Made by a program: the position numbers and the translations under genes. 34,017 bases of DNA from an uncultured Rubrivivax sp. Lineage in GTDB: Bacteria > Pseudomonadota > Gammaproteobacteria > Burkholderiales > Burkholderiaceae_C. The stretch is from assembly GCA_964432385.1 (NCBI GenBank), contig CAYSOD010000001.1, positions 1-34,017 on the forward strand, given 5' to 3'. The notes below the pieces were generated by a model. It saw nothing but the letters and a program-made list of their open reading frames with translations. It was not told the DNA's origin and did not search any database. Of this stretch, positions 18,008 through 26,767 are shown piece by piece; within the stretch, counting starts at the first letter, position 1; each line of letters starts with the position of its first letter.

Positions 18008-18841
18008 ATGCCCATCCAGGTTCATCACATTCCGGTGTGCCCCTTCTGTCAGCGCCTGGAGATCCTGCTCGAGCTCAAGGGCTGCCGGCCGGCCGTGGAG
18101 TTCAAGGTGGTCGACATCACGAAGCCGCGCCCGGCCTGGCTGCTGGAGAAGACCCGCGGCTCCACGGCGCTGCCGGTGCTGGAGACTGCCGACGGCCTCG
18201 TGCTGCGGGAAAGCCTCGTGCTCATGCAGTACCTGGAAGACCTGCTGCCCGGCCCGCTCGTGGCGCGGTCTGACCCCTACGAGCGCGCCGTCGAGCAGTT
18301 GCTGGTCAGGATGGAGGGGGAGTTGGTGACCCGCGGCTACACCCTTGTCATGAACCAGAACCCGTCGCAGCGCAGCTCACTGCACGCGTCCTTGCTGGAC
18401 ACCTATGCAAGGATCAGTGCCTTCCTTGAGGAGCATTCGCCGCGCGGCCCCTGGCTTTTTGACCGCTTTGGCTGGGCGGAGGCGGTGTACACGCCCGTGT
18501 TCCAGCGCCTCTGGTTCCTGGAGTACTACGAGGGCTTTGACCTGCCGCAGGACTCGCGTCATGCGCGAGTGCGCGAATGGCGTGATGCCTGCGTCGCCCA
18601 TCCGGCGGCGCAGCAGGCCTGCCGCGAAGAGATCATCAAGCTCTATTACGACTATGCGCGCGGGGCAGGCAACGGCGCCTTGCTGCCAGGCCGCAAGGTC
18701 TCGTCCTTCGCCTTTGAGCCGCATTGGCGTGACCGCCCCATGCCGCCGAGCGACAAATATGGGCTGGAGCCAAGTGCCTCGGACGACGCGCTGGGGCTGC
18801 TGGGCAGCCCTCGTGCGGGATCCGATGGCGCTGTCGCGTGA
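18008..18841 (+). CDS. Omega-class glutathione S-transferase/glutathione lyase, LigG-like
   Basis: HIPVCPFCQR active site, plus DITKPRPAWLL, DRFGWAE, RLWFLEYYE, KLYYDY, GNG and WRDRPMPP, which match my recollection of Sphingobium LigG. Confidence 0.85.
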   Translation: MPIQVHHIPVCPFCQRLEILLELKGCRPAVEFKVVDITKPRPAWLLEKTRGSTALPVLETADGLVLRESLVLMQYLEDLLPGPLVARSDPYERAVEQLLVRMEGELVTRGYTLVMNQNPSQRSSLHASLLDTYARISAFLEEHSPRGPWLFDRFGWAEAVYTPVFQRLWFLEYYEGFDLPQDSRHARVREWRDACVAHPAAQQACREEIIKLYYDYARGAGNGALLPGRKVSSFAFEPHWRDRPMPPSDKYGLEPSASDDALGLLGSPRAGSDGAVA

Positions 18842-18899
18842 GGGGGCTATGGGGCATGCCGGTGTGCAAGCGCCACCGGCTGATAGCATCGCCCGCACC

Positions 18900-19487
18900 A
18901 TGAGCAACCGCCTCACCCAGATCGCCACCCGCACCGGAGACGACGGCACCACCGGCCTGGGCGACGGCACCCGCGTGCCCAAGGACCACCTGCGGGTGCA
19001 GGCCATGGGCGATGTGGACGAGCTCAACTCGTCCATCGGTGTGCTCCTGGCCGAGCCCTTGCCCGAGGACGTGCGCGAACTGCTGGTGACCGTGCAGCAC
19101 GAACTCTTCAACCTCGGCGGTGAGCTGTCGATCCCGGGCTACACCCTGCTCAAAGTGGAAGCCGTGGCCGGCCTGGACGCAGCTCTGGCGCGCCACAACG
19201 AAACCTTGCCGCGCCTGAAGGAGTTCATCCTGCCGGCGGGCACGCGCAGCGCGGCCCTGGCGCACGTCAGCCGCACCATCGCCCGTCGCGCGGAGCGCGC
19301 CGTGGTGCACCTGGGCCTGGCCGAACGCATCAACGAGGCGCCACGCCAGTACCTCAACCGCCTGTCGGACCTGATGTTCGTGCTGGCGCGTGTGCTCAAC
19401 CGGGCCAATCTGGACGGCCTGGGCGGCGATGACGTGTACTGGAAGAGCGAGCGCCTGGCGCGCGAGGGCGCAGACGCCGGCTCTTGA
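18900..19487 (+). CDS. PduO-type ATP:cob(I)alamin adenosyltransferase
   Basis: IATRTGDDGTTGL, GDVDELNS, QHELF, FILP, RTIARRAER, YLNRLSDLMF. Confidence 0.95.
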   Translation: MSNRLTQIATRTGDDGTTGLGDGTRVPKDHLRVQAMGDVDELNSSIGVLLAEPLPEDVRELLVTVQHELFNLGGELSIPGYTLLKVEAVAGLDAALARHNETLPRLKEFILPAGTRSAALAHVSRTIARRAERAVVHLGLAERINEAPRQYLNRLSDLMFVLARVLNRANLDGLGGDDVYWKSERLAREGADAGS

Positions 19488-19627
19488 AGCAGCGGTTGAG
19501 GCAGGCCTGGGCGGCCTCCCGGGGGATTTCACTTCCGGCCACTCCCGATGCCATGCCCTGAAGCGCCTGGCCAGGTGCGCCCCTTGACGGGGTGCCCTCA
19601 TGGGAAGACTCGGACCATGAAGGCGCA

Positions 19628-19656
19628 TGATCCTTTTGCAGTTGGAATCCCGCGAA
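19628..19656 (+). promoter_or_regulatory. Putative ECF sigma promoter, copy 1
   Basis: TGATCC (19628-19633), 17 nt, CGCGAA (19651-19656), upstream of ATG 19721. Confidence 0.65.
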
Positions 19657-19720
19657 TGCAGGAGAGGCCACCACGACTTTGAAGTTGAAGGGGGCTGAAC
19701 GTGACTTTCAGGAGTTCCTC

Positions 19721-21340
19721 ATGCCCTTAGCTGCTGACTTTAGAACCGCTGCGCCCGTTGCCATGGTCGCCGCCGCGCTGGCCTTGATGGCCTGGGGGGC
19801 CTCGGCGCCCGCCCAGGCCCAGACTTCGGCGCCTGCCAGCGCCTCCGCCGGCCCGATCGAGCGCATCAAGCTCACCGACAACGAGCTGAACTGCGCCCAG
19901 ATCCACGCCGAGGTGGGGCAGATGGACAAGCTCATCGCCGACGCCAAGGCGGCGGAGGACAAGGAGAAGACCACCGGCACGGCGGCCGGCGCGGCGAGCA
20001 CGGTGGCCGACATGGCCGGCAAGCTCGGAGTGTTCGGCCGCATCGGTGGCCTGGGTGGAGCCCTCTTCGGTCAGGCGGCAGCGCAGGCTGGCGCCGGGGC
20101 GATGCAGAAGTCAGCCCAGGAGTCGGCGCAGCAGATGGCCGCCAGGGCACAGCAGGCGAACGCCCGCAAGGAACATCTCACCGCGCTCTTTCTGGCCAAG
20201 GAGTGCAAGGTGTCAGACCTGAACGCGCCAGGCAAGGCCTTGTCGGGTGCAGAGGCGCAGAAGGTCGCGGCGGCCACACAGGCGGCGGTCCCGGCCGCAG
20301 GCGTCGCCGTGCCTGCAGCCCCGGTGGATCCGGCCGCGGTCAGCGAGCTGGTCACCAGGGCCTCCACCGCGGCCAGAGGAGCGGCGCTGCCGGCGGCTTC
20401 GTTGGTGTCGGCGGGCGGGGCCAACATCCGGGCGCTGGTGGGCAAGACCAACAAGGTGGTCATTGCGGGCTACCGAGTGGCTTTCGTCGGCCGCACGGGC
20501 GCCTTTGCCTCGGGGACCGGCTCACGCAACACGAGCATGATTGGCCTGACCGTCGTCACGGCCGGCCAGTCCAAGAAGCTGGACGTAGCCTTGAAGAATG
20601 TCAACGTCCCCATGATGCAGGCCGTGACCGATGGTCTTTACGCGGACTTCCAGGAGCAGCTCAAGGCCGCGGGCCTGGAGGTGCTGCCCCGCGAGGCCCT
20701 GACCCGCAGCTCACACTACGCCAACGTGCAGCCCTTCAAGCCCAAGGACGGAGATGTCTACACCGTCAAGCACTTCAGTGACCCGAGGGAGTACACGGTG
20801 CTGACGCCCACGGGGGTGCCCATGGTCTTTCTGGCAGCCGAGACTTTCGGCGACCGCGGCCTCATGGACCTCGGGCAGATGAAAGGCCTGATGTTCTCCG
20901 CCATGGATGCGGGCGCCGCCGCCCTGATCGTGCAGGTGGTGATCGACTTCTCCGAGACCTCGAGCTCGGGCCACAGCCGCTGGACCAACATGGCCGAGGT
21001 GGATGCCCGGCCGGCCATCTCCCTGGCCCCTGCGCGCAGCACCTACGTCACGGCCTTGCACTCGTCCAACACCATCATGGGCGAGTGGGGCACGATGACG
21101 GTCGACAAGCCTTTGTCAGTGCCCGGCGACTACGCCAGCGTCAAGGTCATCCATGACCCGAACGCTTTCAACGAAGTCAGCAAGAGCCTGTTCCGCGCCA
21201 GCGTGGCCCTGGGAGCCAGCCGTGGGTCGGTGGTCTATGAAGAGCTTCGCCTGTTTGAAGCAGACCCCGCCCGATACACCGAGCTCTCGATGCTGGCCGG
21301 GATGGCGGGCAACAAGGCCCTTGCGGGGGCCTTGAAGTAG
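19721..21340 (+). CDS. Hypothetical secreted protein (helical Gly/Ala-rich N-domain with a Cys pair, Ala/Pro linker, alpha/beta C-domain)
   Basis: AGGAG RBS, Sec-type signal peptide ending AQA, GC3-biased codons. No family recognised. Confidence 0.8.
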   Translation: MPLAADFRTAAPVAMVAAALALMAWGASAPAQAQTSAPASASAGPIERIKLTDNELNCAQIHAEVGQMDKLIADAKAAEDKEKTTGTAAGAASTVADMAGKLGVFGRIGGLGGALFGQAAAQAGAGAMQKSAQESAQQMAARAQQANARKEHLTALFLAKECKVSDLNAPGKALSGAEAQKVAAATQAAVPAAGVAVPAAPVDPAAVSELVTRASTAARGAALPAASLVSAGGANIRALVGKTNKVVIAGYRVAFVGRTGAFASGTGSRNTSMIGLTVVTAGQSKKLDVALKNVNVPMMQAVTDGLYADFQEQLKAAGLEVLPREALTRSSHYANVQPFKPKDGDVYTVKHFSDPREYTVLTPTGVPMVFLAAETFGDRGLMDLGQMKGLMFSAMDAGAAALIVQVVIDFSETSSSGHSRWTNMAEVDARPAISLAPARSTYVTALHSSNTIMGEWGTMTVDKPLSVPGDYASVKVIHDPNAFNEVSKSLFRASVALGASRGSVVYEELRLFEADPARYTELSMLAGMAGNKALAGALK

Positions 21341-21365
21341 CAAACGTCACCTCCGAGGCTCCCTC

Positions 21366-21394
21366 TGATCCTTTTGGCTGGCGGTTCTCGCGTA
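21366..21394 (+). promoter_or_regulatory. Putative ECF sigma promoter, copy 2
   Basis: TGATCC (21366-21371), 17 nt, CGCGTA (21389-21394). The first 11 nt are identical to copy 1. Confidence 0.65.
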
Positions 21395-21494
21395 GGCCCT
21401 ACAAGGGGCAGTGGCGACGCAGGTTTCCCTTTCCACGGCTTGCCCCGCATCTCGATCACAACTTCAACATCGCTTGCTCAGGGAATTCAACACC

Positions 21495-22535
21495 ATGAAG
21501 AAGATGCACGCCTTCACCCGACGCCTGGCCCTGGTCACTCCCTTGACCGCGCTGGCCCTTGCGGCCTGTGGCGGGGGCGACGATGCCCCCAACGCCACCG
21601 GTTTGCTGGCCGGCACTGCCGCCACTGGCGCGCCCATTGCCGGCGGCAAGGTCGAGGTGGCCTGCGCGTCGGGCGCGCCCTTGTCGGCCACGACCAGTGC
21701 CACAGGCACCTTCGAGGTGGCGCTGCAAGGCCAGACCCTGCCCTGCAAGCTCAAGGTCTCTGGCGGCAACCTGGCCGCTGGCGTGGCCTACCACTCGGTG
21801 GCCCTGCAGCCAGGCACTGTGAATCTGACGCCGCTCACCGATCTGGTGGTCGCTCGCCTGCATGGTGGAGCCCCCACCGCATGGTTCTCCGCCATTTCTG
21901 CAGCAGACTTCCAGAAACTCACGACCGACGCTGTCAACACTGCACTGGGTGCCATCACCTCCGGGCTCGGCCTGACCACCCCGCTGGGCGGCAAGAACCC
22001 GATGACGGCAGGCTTCGAAGCCAAGACCACCGATCCGCTCGACAAGGTGCTGGAGGCGTTGAAGACGGCCGTTCCCAGCCACGCCACGCTGCTTACCGCA
22101 GCCCAGGGCACGAGCTGGAACAGCCTGGCCCAGACTTACGTCGCCGCCATCTACGCTGCGCTGTCGGGTGCGGCGGCGGGCGGTGGGACCTCGAATCCGC
22201 CGGCCGGTGGAGGCACTTCGACGCCAACGGTCAGCCTGGGGGCCTGCCCGGCCAACCCAACGGCAGGCACCTACTCGATGGTGGTGGAAACCACCGTCTC
22301 CGGGTTGGGCAGCGTGCCCGTTCCTGCGGTGTGCATCAACAACATCGCCACCAAACCGGCAACTCAGAACGACTTCTGCGGTGACGCCAGCGTCAAGCAG
22401 GCCCTGCCCGCCGGGCTGCTGACCATCGAGGCCTGCTCTTACGACGCTGCTGCGGCCAAGGGCACGATCTCCGCCAAGATCACCTCGCCCGTCACGATCA
22501 CCTACACGGTGACCTATACCTTCGTGAAGCGCTGA
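21495..22535 (+). CDS. Hypothetical lipoprotein (carboxypeptidase-regulatory-like beta-sandwich, helical region, Cys-rich C-terminal domain)
   Basis: MKK start, lipobox LAAC-GGG, GTAATGAPI and VNLTPLTDL motifs; four Cys in the last 100 aa or so. Confidence 0.8.
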   Translation: MKKMHAFTRRLALVTPLTALALAACGGGDDAPNATGLLAGTAATGAPIAGGKVEVACASGAPLSATTSATGTFEVALQGQTLPCKLKVSGGNLAAGVAYHSVALQPGTVNLTPLTDLVVARLHGGAPTAWFSAISAADFQKLTTDAVNTALGAITSGLGLTTPLGGKNPMTAGFEAKTTDPLDKVLEALKTAVPSHATLLTAAQGTSWNSLAQTYVAAIYAALSGAAAGGGTSNPPAGGGTSTPTVSLGACPANPTAGTYSMVVETTVSGLGSVPVPAVCINNIATKPATQNDFCGDASVKQALPAGLLTIEACSYDAAAAKGTISAKITSPVTITYTVTYTFVKR

Positions 22536-22569
22536 GCCGCCAGCGGCTGGCACAGCAGGGAGACTGACC

Positions 22570-24063
22570 ATGAGCTTTGATTACGTTTCAGGGGTGCGGC
22601 GGACCCGGTCTGGGGCGGCGATCCTGGCCGCGATGACGCTTGGGCTCGCGGCTTGCGGCGGCGGTGATGTGTCTGAGGACCTGCGACGTGAGCCGCTGGC
22701 GGTGACGACTACGGCCGCGCCGGCTTACGACCCCGATGACCTCTACCGCTTCTTCGCCATCGCCTTTGGCGCGGCGCCCGGCGTCACCTACATGGGCCAG
22801 TTGCTGGAAGCGGCCAATGCAGGCATGAGCATCCAGGCCATCGTCAACGTCTTCACCACCAAGTCGCAGTTCCTGGAGACCTACCCGGCTTCCTTGACCA
22901 ACCAGGAGTACGCGCAGAAGCTGGTGGACAACGTGGTGGGCACGAGCGCCACGCCAGCGGCCAAGGCCGAGGCGGTGGCCGACATCGTGGCGGCGCTGTC
23001 GCTGCCCAACTGGACGCGCGGGGACATCACCTACGCGATCTTCAACAACCTGGCCAGGAAGCCGGCGGACGACGCGAAGTGGGCGGCCACGGCCAAGAAG
23101 ATGGCCAACCAGGTGGCTTACGCCAGACACTTCACCGAGACGATGAAGGTGGACAGCATCTATCTGGCCACCCTCAGGGCGGTGGTGAAGGACGTTACCG
23201 AGTCCACACCTGCTGCCGGAGACCTGACGGCGGCCATCAACCTGGCCGTCGAGCCCACCCGGTTCAAACTCACCACTGCAAGCAGCTACACCATGGGCTA
23301 CGCTGGCATGCTCGGCTGTGGTGCGGCACTGTGTATCAACAGCATCGATTTGCGCAATGTGAGCGCGAGCTTTGGAGGAGACGGCCAGCTGCTCTCGTAC
23401 ACCAATCTGGCCAACCCCACGCGTGAGGCCCTGTCCGTGGGCAGCGCCTCCGTCACCGAGCTGGGTGGGAACGCCGACCTGAGCTGGGGGCGGTGGAATG
23501 GCGGCACTTTAGCGGGAACGTACTTCACGCAATCATTCACCACCACAGGGCTGAAATCGAACAACGGCTTTCACTACGTGATTGGCTTGAACACGGTGGC
23601 CCTGCCAACCAGTGGCCGGGCCGACTACACCGCCATCGCAGCGACCATGCCCACGCGCACCACCACGGGCGTCAACCCTGCGCCTGGGCTCGTCAACCTG
23701 GCTGCGTCGAAGCTGACGGTTGATTTCTCCACGGCCAAGGTGGGCTTCGAGCTGGCCCTGTCCTACCCGGCCTACCAGGACGCTGCGTTCCTGAAGATGG
23801 CGCTGAAGACAGACGGCGGCGCGGCCAACCCGGCAGCCTCGAAGTTCGTCTTCGGACCTGGGTTTTCGGGCATGCGGGCGGCCTACGGCGAAGGCACCGA
23901 CCTTCTCCAGATTACTTTCGACGAGGTGGACGTGACCCGCTCATACGGCTCCCGAACACGGGCCTACATCCTGCCGTTCGGCGTGAACGCCGCCCACCTG
24001 GCGCTCATCTTCTATGGGGGCTTTGGCGATGCAGGCATCGTGATCTTCAGGAAGAGCGCTTGA
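22570..24063 (+). CDS. Lipoprotein with an S-layer-anchor-like N-terminal helical domain and a beta-rich C-terminal domain
   Basis: GGAG RBS, lipobox LAAC-GGG, N-domain shared with the next gene. C-terminal SWGRW, HYVIG, LPTSGRADY and LTVDFS suggest a TbpB-like handle/barrel. Confidence 0.8.
   Translation: MSFDYVSGVRRTRSGAAILAAMTLGLAACGGGDVSEDLRREPLAVTTTAAPAYDPDDLYRFFAIAFGAAPGVTYMGQLLEAANAGMSIQAIVNVFTTKSQFLETYPASLTNQEYAQKLVDNVVGTSATPAAKAEAVADIVAALSLPNWTRGDITYAIFNNLARKPADDAKWAATAKKMANQVAYARHFTETMKVDSIYLATLRAVVKDVTESTPAAGDLTAAINLAVEPTRFKLTTASSYTMGYAGMLGCGAALCINSIDLRNVSASFGGDGQLLSYTNLANPTREALSVGSASVTELGGNADLSWGRWNGGTLAGTYFTQSFTTTGLKSNNGFHYVIGLNTVALPTSGRADYTAIAATMPTRTTTGVNPAPGLVNLAASKLTVDFSTAKVGFELALSYPAYQDAAFLKMALKTDGGAANPAASKFVFGPGFSGMRAAYGEGTDLLQITFDEVDVTRSYGSRTRAYILPFGVNAAHLALIFYGGFGDAGIVIFRKSA
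22837..23009 (+). repeat. Direct repeat copy 1 (173 bp perfect core within about 480 bp of homology)
   Basis: Identical, by base-by-base reading, to 24542-24714 (offset 1705). Confidence 0.9.
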
Positions 24064-24256
24064 GGGCGATGCGCGCTCTTGCAGACGTGCGCCGCAATTG
24101 AACGCAAAGATCCAGTGTTTTTCCGGTTTCTAAGTTCGTGCAAGGGAGCATCATCATCCTGGGAATATTTGACGCTGCATGGCATGAAGATGATCCGCGG
24201 TGCTTCCCATGGACGGCCAGACAGCTTTCACCTTATCGAGTTTTGGAGACGCAAAC

Positions 24257-26077
24257 ATGATCAGCGCAAGCTCACTGGATCACGGCTGGGTTTGGCTGGC
24301 CCGCATGCGGGTCGGGCTCGCTGCGGGGTTGGGTTCCGCCTTGCTGGCGGCCTGTGGCGGTGGTGATGTGTCGGAAGACCTGAGGCGTGAGCCACTGGCT
24401 GCCACGGTCTCGACCACTGCCGCTCCCGCCTATGATCCTGATGACCTGTACCGCTTCTTCGCGATCGCCTTTGGGGCGGCACCCGGCGCCACCTACATGG
24501 GCCAGTTGCTGGACGCAGCCAATGCAGGCATGAGCATCAAAGCCATCGTCAACGTCTTCACCACCAAGTCGCAGTTCCTGGAGACCTACCCGGCTTCCTT
24601 GACCAACCAGGAGTACGCGCAGAAGCTGGTGGACAACGTGGTGGGCACGAGCGCCACGCCAGCGGCCAAGGCCGAGGCGGTGGCCGACATCGTGGCGGCG
24701 CTGTCGCTGCCCAATTGGACGCGCGGTGACATCACCTATGCCATCTTCAACAATCTGGCCAAAAAGCCAGCAGACGACGTGAAGTGGGCAGCTACGGCCA
24801 AGAAGATGGCCAACCAGGTGGCCTACGCCAGGCACTACACAGAGGCTATGAAGGTCGACACCACAGACCTCGTTCAATTGCGAGGGGTGGTCAAGACCGT
24901 GACCGAGAGTTCGCCCGTCAGCGGTGCGGACCTCGGCGCGCTGATCCAGACGGCCGTCCAGGCGGCGCTGGCCCAAAACCGCAACCTCGCGCCGCTGGCG
25001 CGCGCCACGGCTGACCGGCCCGCCGTGCAGGCGGGTGCTCCGGTGCTGCTCAACGGGCGAACGAGCTTCGACTTCGAGGGCAAGCCCATCACCTATGCCT
25101 GGAAGCTCGACAGCCGGCCTCAAGGCAGTTCGGCTTCGCTGTCGTCCACCACCGCGGACCAGACTACCTTCGTGGCCGACCTGCCAGGCCAGTACGTGGC
25201 CACGCTTGTCGTGAACGACGGCGTCTCCAACAGCAAGCCCGCCAAGATCACCGTCACGGCCTTGCCGGCGGGGGCACTGACAGCCGGTCAAGCCGTCGTC
25301 AAGAGCCTGAATCTGGGCGCCTGCGGAACGTTGACGGGTTGCAGTTCCTTGGTGCTGTCCGACTTCATGCTGAGCTTCAACCAGTGCACGATCACCAAGG
25401 TGGGGCCCACGGTCACGATCGCCCGGCCCGGGATGGACCCGATCGCTGCAGACTTTGACAGCGATGTGGCGGACAGAGCCAGCATCAGCGGAACCAGTCT
25501 TGTCATCGCCCTTCGCGGGCGGGTGGTCACGGACCAGATCAGTGTCGTGATCCACAAAGACACAGGCGCCGTGCAGGATGCTTCGGGAACCGCCACCGCG
25601 GAGGGCGTGAGCCGCGCGATCACATGCAAGAACGTCTCCACAGGCATCTTCCCGGCCATGGCGCCAGCGCCCTCCATCACCACCGTGGCAGACCTGCTGA
25701 AGGCGCTGGACCCGCGGGACTGCAAGTCTGTGGCCGACGGGGTGTCTTTCTCCTCCTGCAGCAGCACGGTGGCCCCAGACTTCAGCCTCAAGGTAGGCAC
25801 CTGCACCCTCGTCAAGTCAGGTGACACCCTGACCGTATCCAAACCGACCGCTACGCCCATCAGCGCCAAATTCAACGCTGACATTACTGACGGTGTGGGC
25901 GAAGGCTTCGACTTGGGGGGCAATTCCGTGCGTTATGTGACGTTGCAGGCCTCAGACACTGACGCCGCTGCCGGGTCCCTGCAGTTGATCGGGGTCACGA
26001 TCATCCCGTCCAACATGTCGGCCCTGATTTCAGCGGCGGATTTCCGCAAGGGGACGTCCAACTCGATCACCTGCTGA
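24257..26077 (+). CDS. Lipoprotein with the same N-terminal domain, a PKD-like domain and two tandem 4-Cys domains
   Basis: GGAG RBS before ATG 24257; lipobox LAAC-GGG; PKD-like LNGRTSFD..ITYAW..PGQYVATLVVNDG; internal repeat with each unit ending ITC. Confidence 0.82.
   Translation: MISASSLDHGWVWLARMRVGLAAGLGSALLAACGGGDVSEDLRREPLAATVSTTAAPAYDPDDLYRFFAIAFGAAPGATYMGQLLDAANAGMSIKAIVNVFTTKSQFLETYPASLTNQEYAQKLVDNVVGTSATPAAKAEAVADIVAALSLPNWTRGDITYAIFNNLAKKPADDVKWAATAKKMANQVAYARHYTEAMKVDTTDLVQLRGVVKTVTESSPVSGADLGALIQTAVQAALAQNRNLAPLARATADRPAVQAGAPVLLNGRTSFDFEGKPITYAWKLDSRPQGSSASLSSTTADQTTFVADLPGQYVATLVVNDGVSNSKPAKITVTALPAGALTAGQAVVKSLNLGACGTLTGCSSLVLSDFMLSFNQCTITKVGPTVTIARPGMDPIAADFDSDVADRASISGTSLVIALRGRVVTDQISVVIHKDTGAVQDASGTATAEGVSRAITCKNVSTGIFPAMAPAPSITTVADLLKALDPRDCKSVADGVSFSSCSSTVAPDFSLKVGTCTLVKSGDTLTVSKPTATPISAKFNADITDGVGEGFDLGGNSVRYVTLQASDTDAAAGSLQLIGVTIIPSNMSALISAADFRKGTSNSITC
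24542..24714 (+). repeat. Direct repeat copy 2
   Basis: Identical to 22837-23009. Confidence 0.9.
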
Positions 26078-26085
26078 CGCAGGAC

Positions 26086-26718
26086 TCAGGCGGCTGCGCC
26101 CCCCAACTCCCGCCGCAACCAAGCCTTCGCCACCGTCCAGTCGCGCTTGACGGTGGCGGTGGAGATGTTCAACGCCTGGGCCACCTCGTCGATCTCCAGG
26201 CCGCCGAAGAAGCGCAACTCCACCACCTTGGCGGCCCTCGGATCCACAGCCTCGAAGGCCAGCAGGGCCTCGTGCACGGCCACCACGTCGCGGTCCAGGG
26301 CCGGGCCCTGGCGGTCCACCAAAGTGGTGGACAGCGGCTCCAGCTCAGCTTCCCGCTTGGCCGCTCGCTTGGCGATGGCGTGGTCCACCAGAATGCGCCG
26401 CATCATGGTGGAGGCCACCGCCATGAAGTGCCCCCGGTTCTGCCAGCGGGTGCTGTGCTGGTCGTTCAGCCGCAGCCAGGCTTCGTGCACCAGGCCCGTG
26501 GCGCTGAGGGTGTGCTCCGGCACCTCCCGGCGCATGTGCGAGCGGGCCAGGCGGTGCAGTTCCCGGTACAAGAGTTCGTAGACACCCTGATCGGCCCCTG
26601 CCGCCCCGTCACTGAGCTGCTGAAGCCATTGCGTGACGTCGCTTGCGTCCTCTGACGCCGTGCCAGGAAAGCTTGGGTCCTTCACGCGGGAGATGTTGAG
26701 GGATGTCACACGGTGCAT
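26086..26718 (-). CDS. ECF sigma factor of the TIGR02999/ECF43 (STK-associated) type
   Basis: DVTQWL, LYRELHRLA, HTLSATGLVHEAWLRL, WQNRGHF, MRRILVDHA, VELRFFGGL, TVKRDW. Start uncertain (ATG 26718 or GTG 26685). Confidence 0.92.
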   Translation of the reverse strand: MHRVTSLNISRVKDPSFPGTASEDASDVTQWLQQLSDGAAGADQGVYELLYRELHRLARSHMRREVPEHTLSATGLVHEAWLRLNDQHSTRWQNRGHFMAVASTMMRRILVDHAIAKRAAKREAELEPLSTTLVDRQGPALDRDVVAVHEALLAFEAVDPRAAKVVELRFFGGLEIDEVAQALNISTATVKRDWTVAKAWLRRELGGAAA

Positions 26719-26767
26719 TGTGGCGTGACCGCGGGCTTTCAACGGCCCTCGTTGGTGCCCGCGGCAG

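Noticed and set aside
19488-19627. Possible cobalamin riboswitch next to the adenosyltransferase gene
   Set aside because: It is downstream of the gene, and I could not find the B12-box or core stems.
26683-26711. Minus-strand TCCCGCGTG resembling the -10 of the ECF motif near the sigma gene start
   Set aside because: The sequence 17 nt upstream is GTGTGA, not TGATCC, and it lies within the probable CDS; not counted as a fourth promoter.
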